In this document: piece by piece, positions 29,621-40,113 of the stretch
Layout of the letters: each line of letters opens with the position of its first letter
How positions within the stretch are numbered: the first letter of the stretch is position 1
Assembly: GCA_963662545.2 (NCBI GenBank)
Contig: CAXXLL010000003.1
Span: forward strand, 2,208,001 to 2,272,000
Direction of reading: 5' to 3'
From: Gammaproteobacteria bacterium
GTDB lineage: Bacteria > Pseudomonadota > Gammaproteobacteria > Ga0077536
Length of the DNA stretch: 64,000 nucleotides
Notes under the pieces: model-generated
The model's input: the letters and a program-made list of their open reading frames with translations, nothing else
The model's database searches: none
Told to the model about the DNA's origin: nothing
Position numbers and translations under genes: made by a program

Positions 29621-29626
29621 AGGATC

Positions 29627-31039
29627 ATGGACAAATACGATGTCATCGTAATCGGCGGTGGACCGGGCGGTTATGTTGCAGCCATCCGCGCCGCCCAGCT
29701 CGGATTCAACACCGCTTGCGTAGAGCGGTGGCTCGGCGATTCGAGCAAACCGGTTCTGGGGGGAACGTGCCTGAACGTCGGATGTATTCCATCCAAGGCG
29801 CTACTCGACTCGTCGCATCACTTCGAATTTCTCCAACTGCATGCTGCGGAGCACGGCATCATCGCCGAGGCCTCCATCGACGTCGCATCGATGCAGACTC
29901 GCAAGGACAAAATCGTCGGCACCTTGACGCAGGGTATCGCCGGACTGTTCAAAAAGAACAAGGTCACCTGGCTCAAGGGATCCGGCAGTTTCAAAACGGC
30001 CGACCAGATCGAAGTCGCGGACCGTGGCGGAAAACGGGTGACAGTATCCGCGCAGCATATCGTCGTCGCCACGGGATCCGTGCCTGCGGCGATCCCGCCC
30101 GCGCCGATTGATCAGACACTCATTGTTGATTCCACGGGGGCACTGGCGTTCGACGAGGTCCCGAAACAGCTCGGTGTCATCGGCGCCGGCGTCATCGGAC
30201 TCGAGCTCGGCAGCGTCTGGCGCCGCCTCGGCTCCGAAGTCGTGATCCTGGAGGCCCTCGACGAGTTTCTCGGGACCGCCGATGTGACGATCGCGAAAGA
30301 GTCGCTCAAGATCCTCAAGCGTCAGGGGCTCGACATCCGCCTCGGCGCCAAGGTGACCGAAGCCAAGGTCCAGCGCGGACGCGTCAACGTGCGGTTTGAG
30401 GCCGGCGGTGAAGAGCAGACCTGCAAATTCGACAAGTTGATCGTCGCGGTCGGGCGCCAGCCCAATACCGAGGGGCTGGCGCTGGAAAACGTCGGTCTCG
30501 AGATCGACGGACGCGGCTTCATCGTCGTCGACTCGCACTGTCATACCGGAGTCGGAAACATTTACGCCATCGGTGATTGCGTGCGCGGACCGATGCTCGC
30601 CCACAAGGCGAGCGAGGAAGGCATTGCGGTCGCCGAACGCATCGCCGGACAAAAGCCCCATGTCGATCTCGACGTAATTCCGTGGGTCATCTACACCTGG
30701 CCTGAGATCGCCTGGGCGGGACACTCCGAGCAAGATCTCAAGGCTGCCGGCCGCGCGATCCGGGTCGGTAGCTTTCCTTTCCTCGCGAGCGGCCGGGCAC
30801 GGGCCATGGGTGACACAGAGGGCCTCGTCAAGATCATCGCGGACGCCGCATCCGACGCCATTCTCGGGGTCCACATCGTCGGTCCGAACGCCTCAGAGCT
30901 CATCGCCGAGGCGGTGTTGGCGATGGAGTTCGGCGCCAGCGCCGAAGATATCGCCCGCACGGTACACGGTCATCCAACTCTCGCGGAATCGATGCACGAG
31001 GCCGCGCTGGCGGTCGACGGACGTACCATTCACTACTAG
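29627..31039 (+). CDS. lpdA: Dihydrolipoamide dehydrogenase E3
   Basis: GGGPGGY, GGTCLNVGCIPSK and HPTLAE motifs. Confidence 0.97.
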   Translation: MDKYDVIVIGGGPGGYVAAIRAAQLGFNTACVERWLGDSSKPVLGGTCLNVGCIPSKALLDSSHHFEFLQLHAAEHGIIAEASIDVASMQTRKDKIVGTLTQGIAGLFKKNKVTWLKGSGSFKTADQIEVADRGGKRVTVSAQHIVVATGSVPAAIPPAPIDQTLIVDSTGALAFDEVPKQLGVIGAGVIGLELGSVWRRLGSEVVILEALDEFLGTADVTIAKESLKILKRQGLDIRLGAKVTEAKVQRGRVNVRFEAGGEEQTCKFDKLIVAVGRQPNTEGLALENVGLEIDGRGFIVVDSHCHTGVGNIYAIGDCVRGPMLAHKASEEGIAVAERIAGQKPHVDLDVIPWVIYTWPEIAWAGHSEQDLKAAGRAIRVGSFPFLASGRARAMGDTEGLVKIIADAASDAILGVHIVGPNASELIAEAVLAMEFGASAEDIARTVHGHPTLAESMHEAALAVDGRTIHY

Positions 31040-31088
31040 AACTGATCGTCTCTACCGGAACCTATCTCCTCACGTCTGCCAAGACGTG

Positions 31089-31118
31089 TGCTGTGCTTGC
31101 AAAATGGTGCACTGCAAC
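31089..31118. promoter_or_regulatory. Putative PhaR-binding TGC-rich site upstream of phaA
   Basis: TGCTGTGCTTGCAAAATGGTGCACTGCAAC; same core as upstream of the phasin gene. Confidence 0.55.
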
Positions 31119-31163
31119 GTAGATTAATGTGATGGACCGCTCGGGTCGGGTCTGAAGGAGACC

Positions 31164-32345
31164 GTGATGCAAGACGCCGTTATCGTCGCCGCACTGCGCA
31201 CGCCGATCGGGACTTTCGGGGGTTCACTGGCGAATGTTCCCGCCCACGAACTGGGGGCCTGCGTCATACGCGCCCTGATCGATAAAACCGGCATCCGGCC
31301 CGCTGCGGTAGACGAAGTCATCATGGGTCAGGTACTGACCGCCGGCGCAGGGCAGAATCCAGCCCGTCAAGCCGCCCTGGCAGCAGGTCTGCCGCACACC
31401 ACACCCGCGCTGACGATCAACAAAGTCTGCGGCAGCGGTCTCAAGGCCGTGCATCTCGCCGCCCAGGCCGTGCGCTGCGGAGACGCCGACATCATCATCG
31501 CCGGTGGTCAGGAAAACATGAGTGTGGCGCCGCACGTATTGCCGAAGTCCCGCAGCGGCCAGAAGATGGGGGACTGGAAGTTGCTCGACTCGATGATCAT
31601 CGATGGTCTATGGGATGCGTTCAACGATTACCACATGGGCATTACGGCCGAGAACGTCGCCGAGAAATTTGCGGTTAGCCGCTCGGATCAGGATGAATTC
31701 GCCGCGCAAACCCAGCAAAAGACGGCTGCGGCTCAGGCGGAGAACCGTTTTGCGGGCGAGATCGTCGAAGTGGAAATTCCGCAGCGCAAGGGCGACCCCA
31801 TCGTTTTCGCGCGCGACGAATTTCCGCGCGCCGAATCGACGGCCGAGAGCCTCGCGAAACTCCGCGCTGCCTTCAAACCGAACGGCGTGGTGACCGCCGG
31901 CAATGCGTCAGGCATCAACGACGGGGCGGCCGCTGTCGTCGTCATGTCGCGGGAAAAAGCGACGGAATTGGGACTCAAGCTCATGGCAACGATCAAGGCC
32001 GGCGCCAGCGCCGGCGTCGATCCGGCAGTGATGGGCACGGGACCGATCCCGGCGACGAAAAAATGCCTCGATAAAGCCGGCTGGCAAGTCGGCGATCTCG
32101 ATCTCGTGGAGGCCAACGAAGCCTTTGCAGCGCAGGCGATCTCGGTCAACCGAGATCTCTGTTGGGATGCGAGCAAAGTAAATGTCAACGGCGGCGCGAT
32201 CGCGCTGGGACATCCGATCGGCGCGTCTGGAGCGCGGATACTCGTGACACTTTTACACGAAATGAACCGCAGCAAGGCTCACAAGGGCCTCGCGACCTTG
32301 TGTATCGGAGGCGGGCAGGGCGTAGCCCTCGCGGTTGAGCGTTGA
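31164..32345 (+). CDS. phaA: Acetyl-CoA acetyltransferase (beta-ketothiolase)
   Basis: [20 protein letters not shown] and CIGGG motifs; upstream of phaR. Confidence 0.92.
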   Translation: MMQDAVIVAALRTPIGTFGGSLANVPAHELGACVIRALIDKTGIRPAAVDEVIMGQVLTAGAGQNPARQAALAAGLPHTTPALTINKVCGSGLKAVHLAAQAVRCGDADIIIAGGQENMSVAPHVLPKSRSGQKMGDWKLLDSMIIDGLWDAFNDYHMGITAENVAEKFAVSRSDQDEFAAQTQQKTAAAQAENRFAGEIVEVEIPQRKGDPIVFARDEFPRAESTAESLAKLRAAFKPNGVVTAGNASGINDGAAAVVVMSREKATELGLKLMATIKAGASAGVDPAVMGTGPIPATKKCLDKAGWQVGDLDLVEANEAFAAQAISVNRDLCWDASKVNVNGGAIALGHPIGASGARILVTLLHEMNRSKAHKGLATLCIGGGQGVALAVER

Positions 32346-32398
32346 TCCTCGAAACGCAAGCCCGGGTAGCGGTCGGTCAAAGAACCAGGTGAACGACG

Positions 32399-32884
32399 AT
32401 GAATGACGAAAACAAACGTGTGATCAAAAAATACCCGAACCGGCGCTTGTACGACACCACGGAAAGCAAATATGTGACCTTGGGCGACGTACGCAAGCTC
32501 GTACTCGACGGTGTGAGCTTCTGCGTAATCGACAAGAAAAGCGATGCCGACATCACGCGCAATATTCTGCTGCAGATCATCATCGAACAAGAGGAAGAAG
32601 GCGAGCCACTTTTCACGACCGAAGTCCTTGAACAGATCATCGGCTTTTACGGAAATTCCGTACAGGGTGTCGCCGGTGATTTTTTAAGCCAGAGTCTCGA
32701 GCTGTTCCGTGATCAACAAAACCGCTTTCAGGACCAGATGAAGGACGCAATGCAGACGAACCCCATGTCATCGGCATTCAACGATCTCGCGAAACAGAAC
32801 CTCGATTTGTGGCAGCAGATGCAGGACAGCTTCTTCAAGAACGTCAACACCTCGCTCGGCGCCAAGTCGGACGATTCTGACTAG
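32399..32884 (+). CDS. phaR: Polyhydroxyalkanoate synthesis repressor
   Basis: IKKYPNRRLYDT..YVTL..DITRNILLQII. Confidence 0.95.
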   Translation: MNDENKRVIKKYPNRRLYDTTESKYVTLGDVRKLVLDGVSFCVIDKKSDADITRNILLQIIIEQEEEGEPLFTTEVLEQIIGFYGNSVQGVAGDFLSQSLELFRDQQNRFQDQMKDAMQTNPMSSAFNDLAKQNLDLWQQMQDSFFKNVNTSLGAKSDDSD

Positions 32885-33141
32885 CCCGCATATTGCATGA
32901 AGGACGGCGGTGCCGGCGCAGGACAGGTGCGTCTGGACGCCGATCTGGAGCTCAAGTCTGAGCTGTAGCTATGGCGAGAGCTTGACCTGAGTCCAGGCGT
33001 GCATGGACCAGCCGGCGCCGTCGTAGGCCGCAAGCGGCTTTACAGATTGCGATGTGCTTAAACATCGTCAAATGGCCTGATTATTTCTGTTTGCTCAATA
33101 ACTTCTCGGAGCGCCGCGGCCGCCTTGATGCAATATGCGGG
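32885..33141. mobile_element. IS1380-related MITE
   Basis: Perfect 14-bp IR CCCGCATATTGCAT/ATGCAATATGCGGG, matching the IS1380 end CCTGCATATTGCAT; flanks CTAG and CTCG. Confidence 0.7.
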
Positions 33142-33169
33142 CTCGAACCCATCGCGAGAATACCAGCCG

Positions 33170-34933
33170 TCAGGCCGCGAGATGTTCTTCCAGTGCTGCC
33201 TTGATTCGCTTGGCCGTATCGGCAAGCGCCTGGGGAAGCTTCTCACCAAACGTCTCGAAATAAGCTTCAATATCGTCGATCTCGCGGCGCCAGGTCTTGG
33301 CGTCAATCGACAAAAGGGCGTTCACAGTATTGCGATCGAGGTCGAGTCCATCGATGTTCAAGGCCGAGGGATCGGGTATGTAGCCGATTGGTGTTTTCAA
33401 CGCTTTACCGCCACCGGCGCACCGCTGCAGCACCCATTGCAACACGCGCATATTGTCGCCAAACCCGGGCCACATGAATTTCCCGTCGTCGTCTTTGCGA
33501 AACCAGTTCACATGGAACACGCGGGGTAAATTATCGGAGCGCTCCTCGAAGCTCAGCCAGTGGGCCCAGTAGTCGGCGAAGTTGTAGCCGCAAAAGGGCT
33601 TCATCGCCATCGGATCGCGCCGCACCTGTCCGACCGCGCCGGCCGCCGCTGCGGTCGTCTCCGAAGCCATGGCCGCACCTGCGAACACGCCGTGATGCCA
33701 ATCCAGCGCTTCGAATACCAATGGTGCCACGCTCGAACGCCGGCCGCCGAAGATAATCGCCGAAATCGGCACCCCTTGCGGCGCGTTGCCCTCGGGCGAA
33801 AAACTAGGGCATTGGTTCGCCGCTACCGTGAAGCGCGAGTTGGGATGTGCCGCGGGTCCGGTGACATCCGGATCGTGTTCGCGCCCCTGCCAGTCGATGA
33901 GGGCCGCCGGCTTGTCGCCGTCGATACCTTCCCACCAAGGTTGCTGATCGGGCGTCAGGGCGACGTTGGTGTAAATGGCATTGCGGCCTAGCGTATTCAT
34001 GCAATTTGGATTGGTCTTGAGGCTGGTCCCGGGCGCGACGCCAAAGAATCCCGCTTCCGGATTGATCGCCCATAAGCGGCCGTCGTCCCCGAGGTGCATC
34101 CATGCAATGTCATCGCCGACGGTCCAGACTTTCCAATCCTTGAACGTGTCCGGTGGAACGAGCATTGCCAAATTGGTCTTGCCGCAGGCCGATGGAAATG
34201 CCGCGGCCACGTAATGCGTATTACCGTCCGGATCTTCGATACCGAGAATCAACATGTGCTCAGCAAGCCAGCCTTCAGTCTTCGCCTGGGCGCTCGCGAT
34301 GCGCAGCGCATGACATTTTTTGCCGAGCAACGCGTTGCCACCATAGCCCGAGCCAATGCTCTTGATCATCAGATCATCCGGAAAGTGCATGATGTAGCGG
34401 CGTTCGGGATCCAGATCACCGAGTGAGTGAAGGCCTTTGACGAAGGTTTTTGCCGAGTCGATATGCTCGAGCGCCCGCGTACCGATCCGCGCCATGATCC
34501 GCATGTTGAGGACGACATAGGGACTGTCGGTGATCTCCACGCCGGGCCGCGCATAGGGCGAACCGTACGGCCCCATCAGGTAAGGCACTACATACATCGT
34601 GCGGCCTCGCATGCAGGCCTCGAACAAGGGCTCGACCGTGGCATGCCCTTCCTCGGGCGTCATCCAATTGTTGTTCGGGCCGGCTTCGTCGTGCTCAGGG
34701 GTGCAGACGAAGGTGAGGTGCTCGACGCGCGCGACGTCGCTGGGATCGGAACGGTGCAGGTAACAATTTGGATGGGAGCGGGGGTTTAGCCGGATCAGAT
34801 CGCCGTTTTTGAGCATCAGTTCGACCAGACCCTCGTTTTCTTCGTCAGAGCCGTCACACCAGTGGATCCGATCGGGCTTGGTCAGCGCGGCGACGTCTTT
34901 TACCCAAGCGGCCAATTCAGCATTTTTTGTCAT
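33170..34933 (-). CDS. pckG: Phosphoenolpyruvate carboxykinase (GTP)
   Basis: GYGGNALLGKKC, FPSACGKTN, VGDDIAW and HPNSRF motifs. Confidence 0.96.
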   Translation of the reverse strand: MTKNAELAAWVKDVAALTKPDRIHWCDGSDEENEGLVELMLKNGDLIRLNPRSHPNCYLHRSDPSDVARVEHLTFVCTPEHDEAGPNNNWMTPEEGHATVEPLFEACMRGRTMYVVPYLMGPYGSPYARPGVEITDSPYVVLNMRIMARIGTRALEHIDSAKTFVKGLHSLGDLDPERRYIMHFPDDLMIKSIGSGYGGNALLGKKCHALRIASAQAKTEGWLAEHMLILGIEDPDGNTHYVAAAFPSACGKTNLAMLVPPDTFKDWKVWTVGDDIAWMHLGDDGRLWAINPEAGFFGVAPGTSLKTNPNCMNTLGRNAIYTNVALTPDQQPWWEGIDGDKPAALIDWQGREHDPDVTGPAAHPNSRFTVAANQCPSFSPEGNAPQGVPISAIIFGGRRSSVAPLVFEALDWHHGVFAGAAMASETTAAAAGAVGQVRRDPMAMKPFCGYNFADYWAHWLSFEERSDNLPRVFHVNWFRKDDDGKFMWPGFGDNMRVLQWVLQRCAGGGKALKTPIGYIPDPSALNIDGLDLDRNTVNALLSIDAKTWRREIDDIEAYFETFGEKLPQALADTAKRIKAALEEHLAA

Positions 34934-35223
34934 TATTTGACTCCAGACAGACCTGATTTACAGCCGTTGGCGATGATCGCAACGCCCAGCGGTCGGCTGC
35001 TGTGCATCCGCGGTCCGGCGCCCTTGAACGCCCGTCCGCTCGGGAAACAGGCAAGGGTAACAAACGCGGCGCTTTTTGTTGACGGGAAGATGTCACGTTT
35101 TGCTAATTCTTCCTCAGGCCGGCGGAGGTTGGAGGCCGTCACCTGCCAGCGCCCGCCCCCGCACCGGCTACCCTCCAAAAAATAATGGTCACTCAGTGCT
35201 TGACTTATCGAACACGGGCTCCT

Positions 35224-35257
35224 ATGCTGCACTGCAATAATTGCTGCACTGCAATAT
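35224..35257. promoter_or_regulatory. Putative PhaR-binding site upstream of phasin
   Basis: Tandem TGCTGCACTGCAATA repeats. Confidence 0.65.
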
Positions 35258-35308
35258 ACAACGCTCAACAGAGATCCCCAATACCGAATCCGTTCAAGGA
35301 GACACGAA

Positions 35309-35704
35309 ATGGACAACAAAATTGCCGAAAACTGGCAGGAAATCAGCAAAAATACGCTCGCTGCCGCCAAAGAGCTCGAAGCCATCAACGCCTCGGTCAT
35401 CGAAAAGCTGACCGGAAAGCAGATGGAACTGGCCAACGCGGCGCTTGAATCCGGCACCCAGTCGGTCAGTGCCCTGACGGCAGTCAAGGGCTACCAGGAA
35501 CTCCTGGCCGAGCAGACCATGCTCGCCGGCGAATTCAACGAAAAACTGATCGAAGCAGCGCGCCAGACGGCCGATATCTTCACCGAATCACGTGAGGCCT
35601 ACCAAGGCTGGCTCGAGAAGGGCTTCCAGGCGTTCGCCGCGACCACCCCATTCGTCGTACCTAATTTCGCGACCGAGAAAAAGCCGGTCAAGAAAGCCGC
35701 CTGA
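35309..35704 (+). CDS. phaP: Phasin family protein
   Basis: Helical Ala/Glu-rich ~130 aa with Lys/Ala tail; AGGAG RBS; PhaR-type boxes upstream. Confidence 0.8.
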   Translation: MDNKIAENWQEISKNTLAAAKELEAINASVIEKLTGKQMELANAALESGTQSVSALTAVKGYQELLAEQTMLAGEFNEKLIEAARQTADIFTESREAYQGWLEKGFQAFAATTPFVVPNFATEKKPVKKAA

Positions 35705-35725
35705 TCATCTGCTTGACCTCCCTAC

Positions 35726-35774
35726 GCCCCTCTTCGGCGCGGCCGTCTGGCCGCCCTAGAGGGGCCTTTCTTTT
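35726..35774 (+). terminator. Rho-independent terminator
   Basis: GCCCCTCT..AGAGGGGC stem followed by CTTTCTTTT. Confidence 0.7.
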
Positions 35775-36130
35775 ACTCGCCGTACAGTCGTGCGACCCTC
35801 CCGGCCTGTCAATTATCCGCGCACTATCAAATTAACAGCTGATTAACCATCGGTCGGGCTGAGCGTTTCCAAAAGTATTTATCACCGGCACCTTGTCCCG
35901 CCCGAAATCATCCGATAGGCCGTCTGACTCCGGGAGAAATTCCGGACACCCATAAACCCGAAGCGCCGAACCTCGTTCCACTCAGGTGGTTATCGTCAGA
36001 CGGTTCATCGGTGTCCCCTACTGCGCCTTGCTGGAGATCGCTACCCTCCTACGTTAATCAAGTCTATTGATCGAGACTAAATACGCGTTCCGAATGATAG
36101 GTCGTATCCTTCTTTGTAACGGTATTCGTC

Positions 36131-36213
36131 ATTCGCCCGCAAGCCGGCTACTACGCAGCCCCCGCAATGGGTTGGCGGCATCTCGAATCGTAGGAGCCCG
36201 CTTGCGGGCGAAT
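36131..36213. repeat. Inverted pair of GTAG-type REP elements
   Basis: ATTCGCCCGCAAGCCGGCTACTAC...GTAGGAGCCCGCTTGCGGGCGAAT. Confidence 0.65.
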
Positions 36214-36349
36214 TGAAATCTGTCGCGTAATTCGGAGCAGCTATTTACACAGTTATCCCGCTGCAATCACGCAGTATGTGGAGATCAAACGGGTCGGTGC
36301 CGTCCTAAGCGGGGCTGTAGTATGGGCCGACCAGACAAGGATCAGATAA

Positions 36350-37219
36350 ATGAAATTCGGATTGCGCTACTGCAACACAGGCCCCTACGTCAATCCCGTC
36401 ACCGCGATTGAGCTCGTTCAGGCAGGTGAAGCGGCTGGCTTTGACTCCGCCTGGACGGTAGAACACACCGTCGTACCCGCGGGATATGCATCGGCTTATC
36501 CCTACTCGGACAGCGGCAAAATGGCCGGCGGAGTGGACGACTTTCCGCTGCCGGACCCGCTGATCTGGATGGCTTACGTGGCGAGTAGCACAGCAACTAT
36601 AAAGCTCGCGACCGGCATTCTGATACTGCCGCAACATAACCCGGTAGTCGTCGCCAAGCAGGTCGCATCACTCGATTATCTGAGTGGGGGCCGCGTTTTG
36701 TTCGGGGTAGGTGTAGGTTGGTTAAAGGAAGAGTTTGAGGCGCTGGGTGTACCGTTCGAAGATCGGGGCCGACGCACGGACGAATACATCGAAGCGATCC
36801 GAGCATTGTGGACGCAGGAAAAACCGACCTATAAGGGCGAATTCGTGAATTTCGAGGATGCCTACTGCCGGCCGCAACCCCGGCAGGAATCGATCCCGAT
36901 CATCATCGGCGGACATTCGAAGAGCGCTGCCAGACGCGCCGGCCGATTAGGCGATGGCTACTTTCCCGCGCGTGAAGCGCCGGCAGATCTGATAGAAGAA
37001 GCGCGCGCTGCTGCCGTTCAGCATGGTCGTGATCCGGCTGCACTCGAAATCAGCGTAAGCATGCCGAACGATCCCGAACTGCTTTCCGACTACGCACGCT
37101 TGGGTGTAAGCCGCGTGTTGGTGCCCGTTACGACGGTAACCGGGCTCGACAGCGGTATTCAGAATCCCGATGACGTTCTGCGATGGAAGGATACGATTGA
37201 TCGTTTCGCCGATCTGTAG
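36350..37219 (+). CDS. LLM class (probable F420-dependent) oxidoreductase
   Basis: GFDSAWTVEH, DPLIWMAY, AKQVASLDYLSGGR..GVGVGWLKEEF and RRAGRLGDG motifs. Confidence 0.88.
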   Translation: MKFGLRYCNTGPYVNPVTAIELVQAGEAAGFDSAWTVEHTVVPAGYASAYPYSDSGKMAGGVDDFPLPDPLIWMAYVASSTATIKLATGILILPQHNPVVVAKQVASLDYLSGGRVLFGVGVGWLKEEFEALGVPFEDRGRRTDEYIEAIRALWTQEKPTYKGEFVNFEDAYCRPQPRQESIPIIIGGHSKSAARRAGRLGDGYFPAREAPADLIEEARAAAVQHGRDPAALEISVSMPNDPELLSDYARLGVSRVLVPVTTVTGLDSGIQNPDDVLRWKDTIDRFADL

Positions 37220-37300
37220 GTATATGAATCAAAGGTGTCGTTTAGCTGAATTCTCGAACAAGTCAAAATATGAGAGGGAAGGACATGCTCCAGCTAGTTA

Positions 37301-38990
37301 GTGTGCATCCCTAAACGCGATGCGGTTGAAATAAAAAGGAAAATTTGTCGCTTAAGGGATCGAAACCTCCGGTGGGTCGTGATCTAATGGAACTTCAAAC
37401 CTCTGATTTTCCACACAATCATCGACACCACAGGAGGGGGAATGCGTCAGAAACGCACGGCCCAAGCGAGTATATACGAGCTGTTTGCTGACCATGACCT
37501 GGGGCGAGAGCTGCAGGGCATGTCCGAGTGGCTCGATGCTCACCCCAAGGTCCTCACGCCGGTCATGAACGATCTGTGTCGGCGGGGTTTGAAGCCCACC
37601 GGTCGACGCGGACTGTCGGCGGAGTCGGTGCTGCGCTGCGCGGTGCTCAAGCAGCACCGGCAATTGAGTTACGAGGAGCTGGCCTTTCACCTGCAGGACT
37701 CGGCGAGCTTTCAGGCCTTCGCCCGGTTGCCGGGTAATGAACGTCCGAAGAAGTCTGCCTTACAGCGGGTGGTCTCGGCGATCCAGGTATCGACGTGGGA
37801 GTCTATTCATCGCGCCCTGCTGGCGACGGCGAAAGAGACGCGCATTGAGCCGGCACAGCGTGTACGGATTGATAGCACGGTAACGGACAGTGCCATCCAC
37901 GCGCCGAGCGACAGTCATCTGCTGTGGGATGGCGTGCGTGTTGTGGTTCGTCTGCTCGCACAGGCGCGCGAGTTGCCTGGCGCGCCGGAGTTGTGCTTCG
38001 TGAACCACACTCGATTGGCGAAGAAGCGTGCGCGGGCGCTGTGGTATGCGCGTGGTGCGAAGCAACGCCAACGTCTGTATCGCGATTTGATTGGGGCGAC
38101 GCGTTCAACCTTGGAAGCGGTAGCGAGGGTACGTGAGCAGCTGCTGAGCCCGGGCGTCACCGGCGTTGAACTGCCGGACTGGCTAGCGCAGGTAGCGCAC
38201 TACGAAACACTTGTTCTGCAGGTGATTTCGCAAACTGAGCGGCGGGTGTTCGGCGGTGAGAAGGTCCCCGCGAGCGAGAAGTGCGTGAGCTTGTTCGAGC
38301 CGCATACCGACATCATCATAAAGGGTGCGCGCGACGTTCAGTACGGACACAAAATCAATCTGGCTTCGGGGCGCAGTGGCCTCATCCTCGACGTGGTCAT
38401 CGAGCGAGGCAATCCGGTCGATAGTCAGCGCTTCATGCCGATGCTCGAACGGCATCGAACACACTACGGGACGATGCCAGACTCGCCGCCGATGGCGGCT
38501 ATGCGAGCCTCGACAATCTCCGGGCGGCGAAAGCAGAAGGCATCGAAGACGTTGCCTTCCACAAGAAGCGCGGGCTCGCGATCGCCGACATGGTCAAGAG
38601 TCAGTGGGTCTATCGACGCTTGCGCAACTTCCGCGCCGGCATCGAGGCCGGTATCTCCTGCCTGAAGCGTGCATACGGATTGGCACGTTGCACCTGGAAG
38701 AGCCTGCCGCACTTCGAAGCCTACGTGTGGTCTTCTGTGGTCGACAACCTCAGCCTGCTCGCGCGCTATCAACTCGAATAGCGACGTTCACTCGCACTAA
38801 CTGACCTCCTCGATATCGTCGAACGGGCGACTTTGGGTTGCAGCGCTCTGCGGCCGGCGAACGTACTCACAATTACGCTCGAAGAGCCCTTCGACCCCCA
38901 CCGAACCGCCGCTACCGCTCCAACAACCTACTTTCAACACCTCGATTTCTCCGTGCCCATCGAAGAAAATGCCTGTTTATGGACGGACAC
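37301..38990 (+). mobile_element. IS (ISNCY/IS5-like DDE), copy 1, inserted in the 5' end of the cyclase gene
   Basis: Ends GTGTGCATCCCTAAAC / GTTTATGGACGGACAC; 6-bp TSD TAGTTA; near-identical to 54981-56677. Confidence 0.9.
37442..38781 (+). pseudogene. Transposase, frameshifted relative to copy 2
   Basis: 4 nt missing near 38478 and 3 nt missing near 38742 compared with the intact copy. Confidence 0.85.
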
Positions 38991-39982
38991 TAGTTAGGCT
39001 AATCGTTCTCGCCGGTGCGGTGATGATGGTTGATGTTGTTGCGGGCGAGGAGTCCCTTGAGCGCATCCAATGGTGGCCATCTGAATGGGGGCCGAACGAT
39101 CAACGTGGAGCCGCGAACCGCCTCGGCCCGGATAAAGTATTGCAAGCGGCGCAATTGATCACCAGCGGTCATGTTTATGACATGGGACGCGTATTTGAAG
39201 ATACGATGCCGCTGTTCACGTTCGGCCCACACCATCGTAAGTATTCTCTGTTTACCCCGGGCGCCCCTTTGGGCGGCCCTATGGGTGACAACCAGCTTTT
39301 CTGGAACGAAGACTACATATCCGGGCATTTAGCACAGGATGGAACGCAGTTTGATTCACTCGCACACATGGGTACGGCGGTAGGTGATCCTTCAGATCTG
39401 AATAATTTGCGTTACTACAATGGACTGACGCATGCGGAAATCGGTGGTGACGGGCATGGATTTGAAAAACTCGGAACTGAGAACGTACCGCCGTTCTTCA
39501 CCCGGGGCATCCTTCTTGATTTTCGTGGGTTAAAGGGCCGCCCTCTCGAAAGGTCTGAGGAAATCACCATAGATGACATTCATGCCGCGTTGAAGCGACA
39601 GGGGTTGAGCGAAGACGACATCCTTCCCGGTGACGCGTTTTTCTACAACACGGGTTGGGGCGAACTCTGGAAGGTCGACAACGACAAATTCAATTCCGGG
39701 ACGCCCGGCCTGTCTGTCGAAGCAGGCGATTGGGTGGTGGCGAAGAAAGTCCTGCTCGTCGGGGTGGATAACTGGGGAGTCGAAGCGATCCCCCATCCGA
39801 ATCCGAAACTGATGGCGCCTAATCATCAGAAGTTTCTCGTTGAGAACGGCATCTACATCCTGGAGAACCTGGATTTTTCATCGCTGATTGAATCAAAGGT
39901 CTGGCAATTCGCATTTGCGTTCGGGGCCATTCGATTGAAAGGCGCTACCGGCTCGCCGGCACGGCCGTTTGCTATTCGGTAA
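38969..39982 (+). CDS. Cyclase family (kynurenine formamidase-like) metal hydrolase, probably exported
   Basis: WGPNDQRGAAN, GTQFDSLAH, GVDNWGVE, GIYILENL and GATGSP motifs; native start was ATG 37285. Confidence 0.85.
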   Translation: MPVYGRTLVRLIVLAGAVMMVDVVAGEESLERIQWWPSEWGPNDQRGAANRLGPDKVLQAAQLITSGHVYDMGRVFEDTMPLFTFGPHHRKYSLFTPGAPLGGPMGDNQLFWNEDYISGHLAQDGTQFDSLAHMGTAVGDPSDLNNLRYYNGLTHAEIGGDGHGFEKLGTENVPPFFTRGILLDFRGLKGRPLERSEEITIDDIHAALKRQGLSEDDILPGDAFFYNTGWGELWKVDNDKFNSGTPGLSVEAGDWVVAKKVLLVGVDNWGVEAIPHPNPKLMAPNHQKFLVENGIYILENLDFSSLIESKVWQFAFAFGAIRLKGATGSPARPFAIR

Positions 39983-40113
39983 AGGCCATGCCGGAAATCG
40001 GAGACCGGGTCAGGCAAAACGTTGTCGTCCGCACGGCTGCAAGCGATACTCCACCGATGCCGGCTTTCCTGCAATGGATGCTTTACCCGATTAAGGTCAG
40101 CGAGGAATAAAAA

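Noticed and set aside
29465-29626. N-terminal extensions on lpd (and similarly acs 50090-50173) in the ORF track
   Set aside because: They are open frames through MITEs; conserved starts lie at 29627 and 50089.
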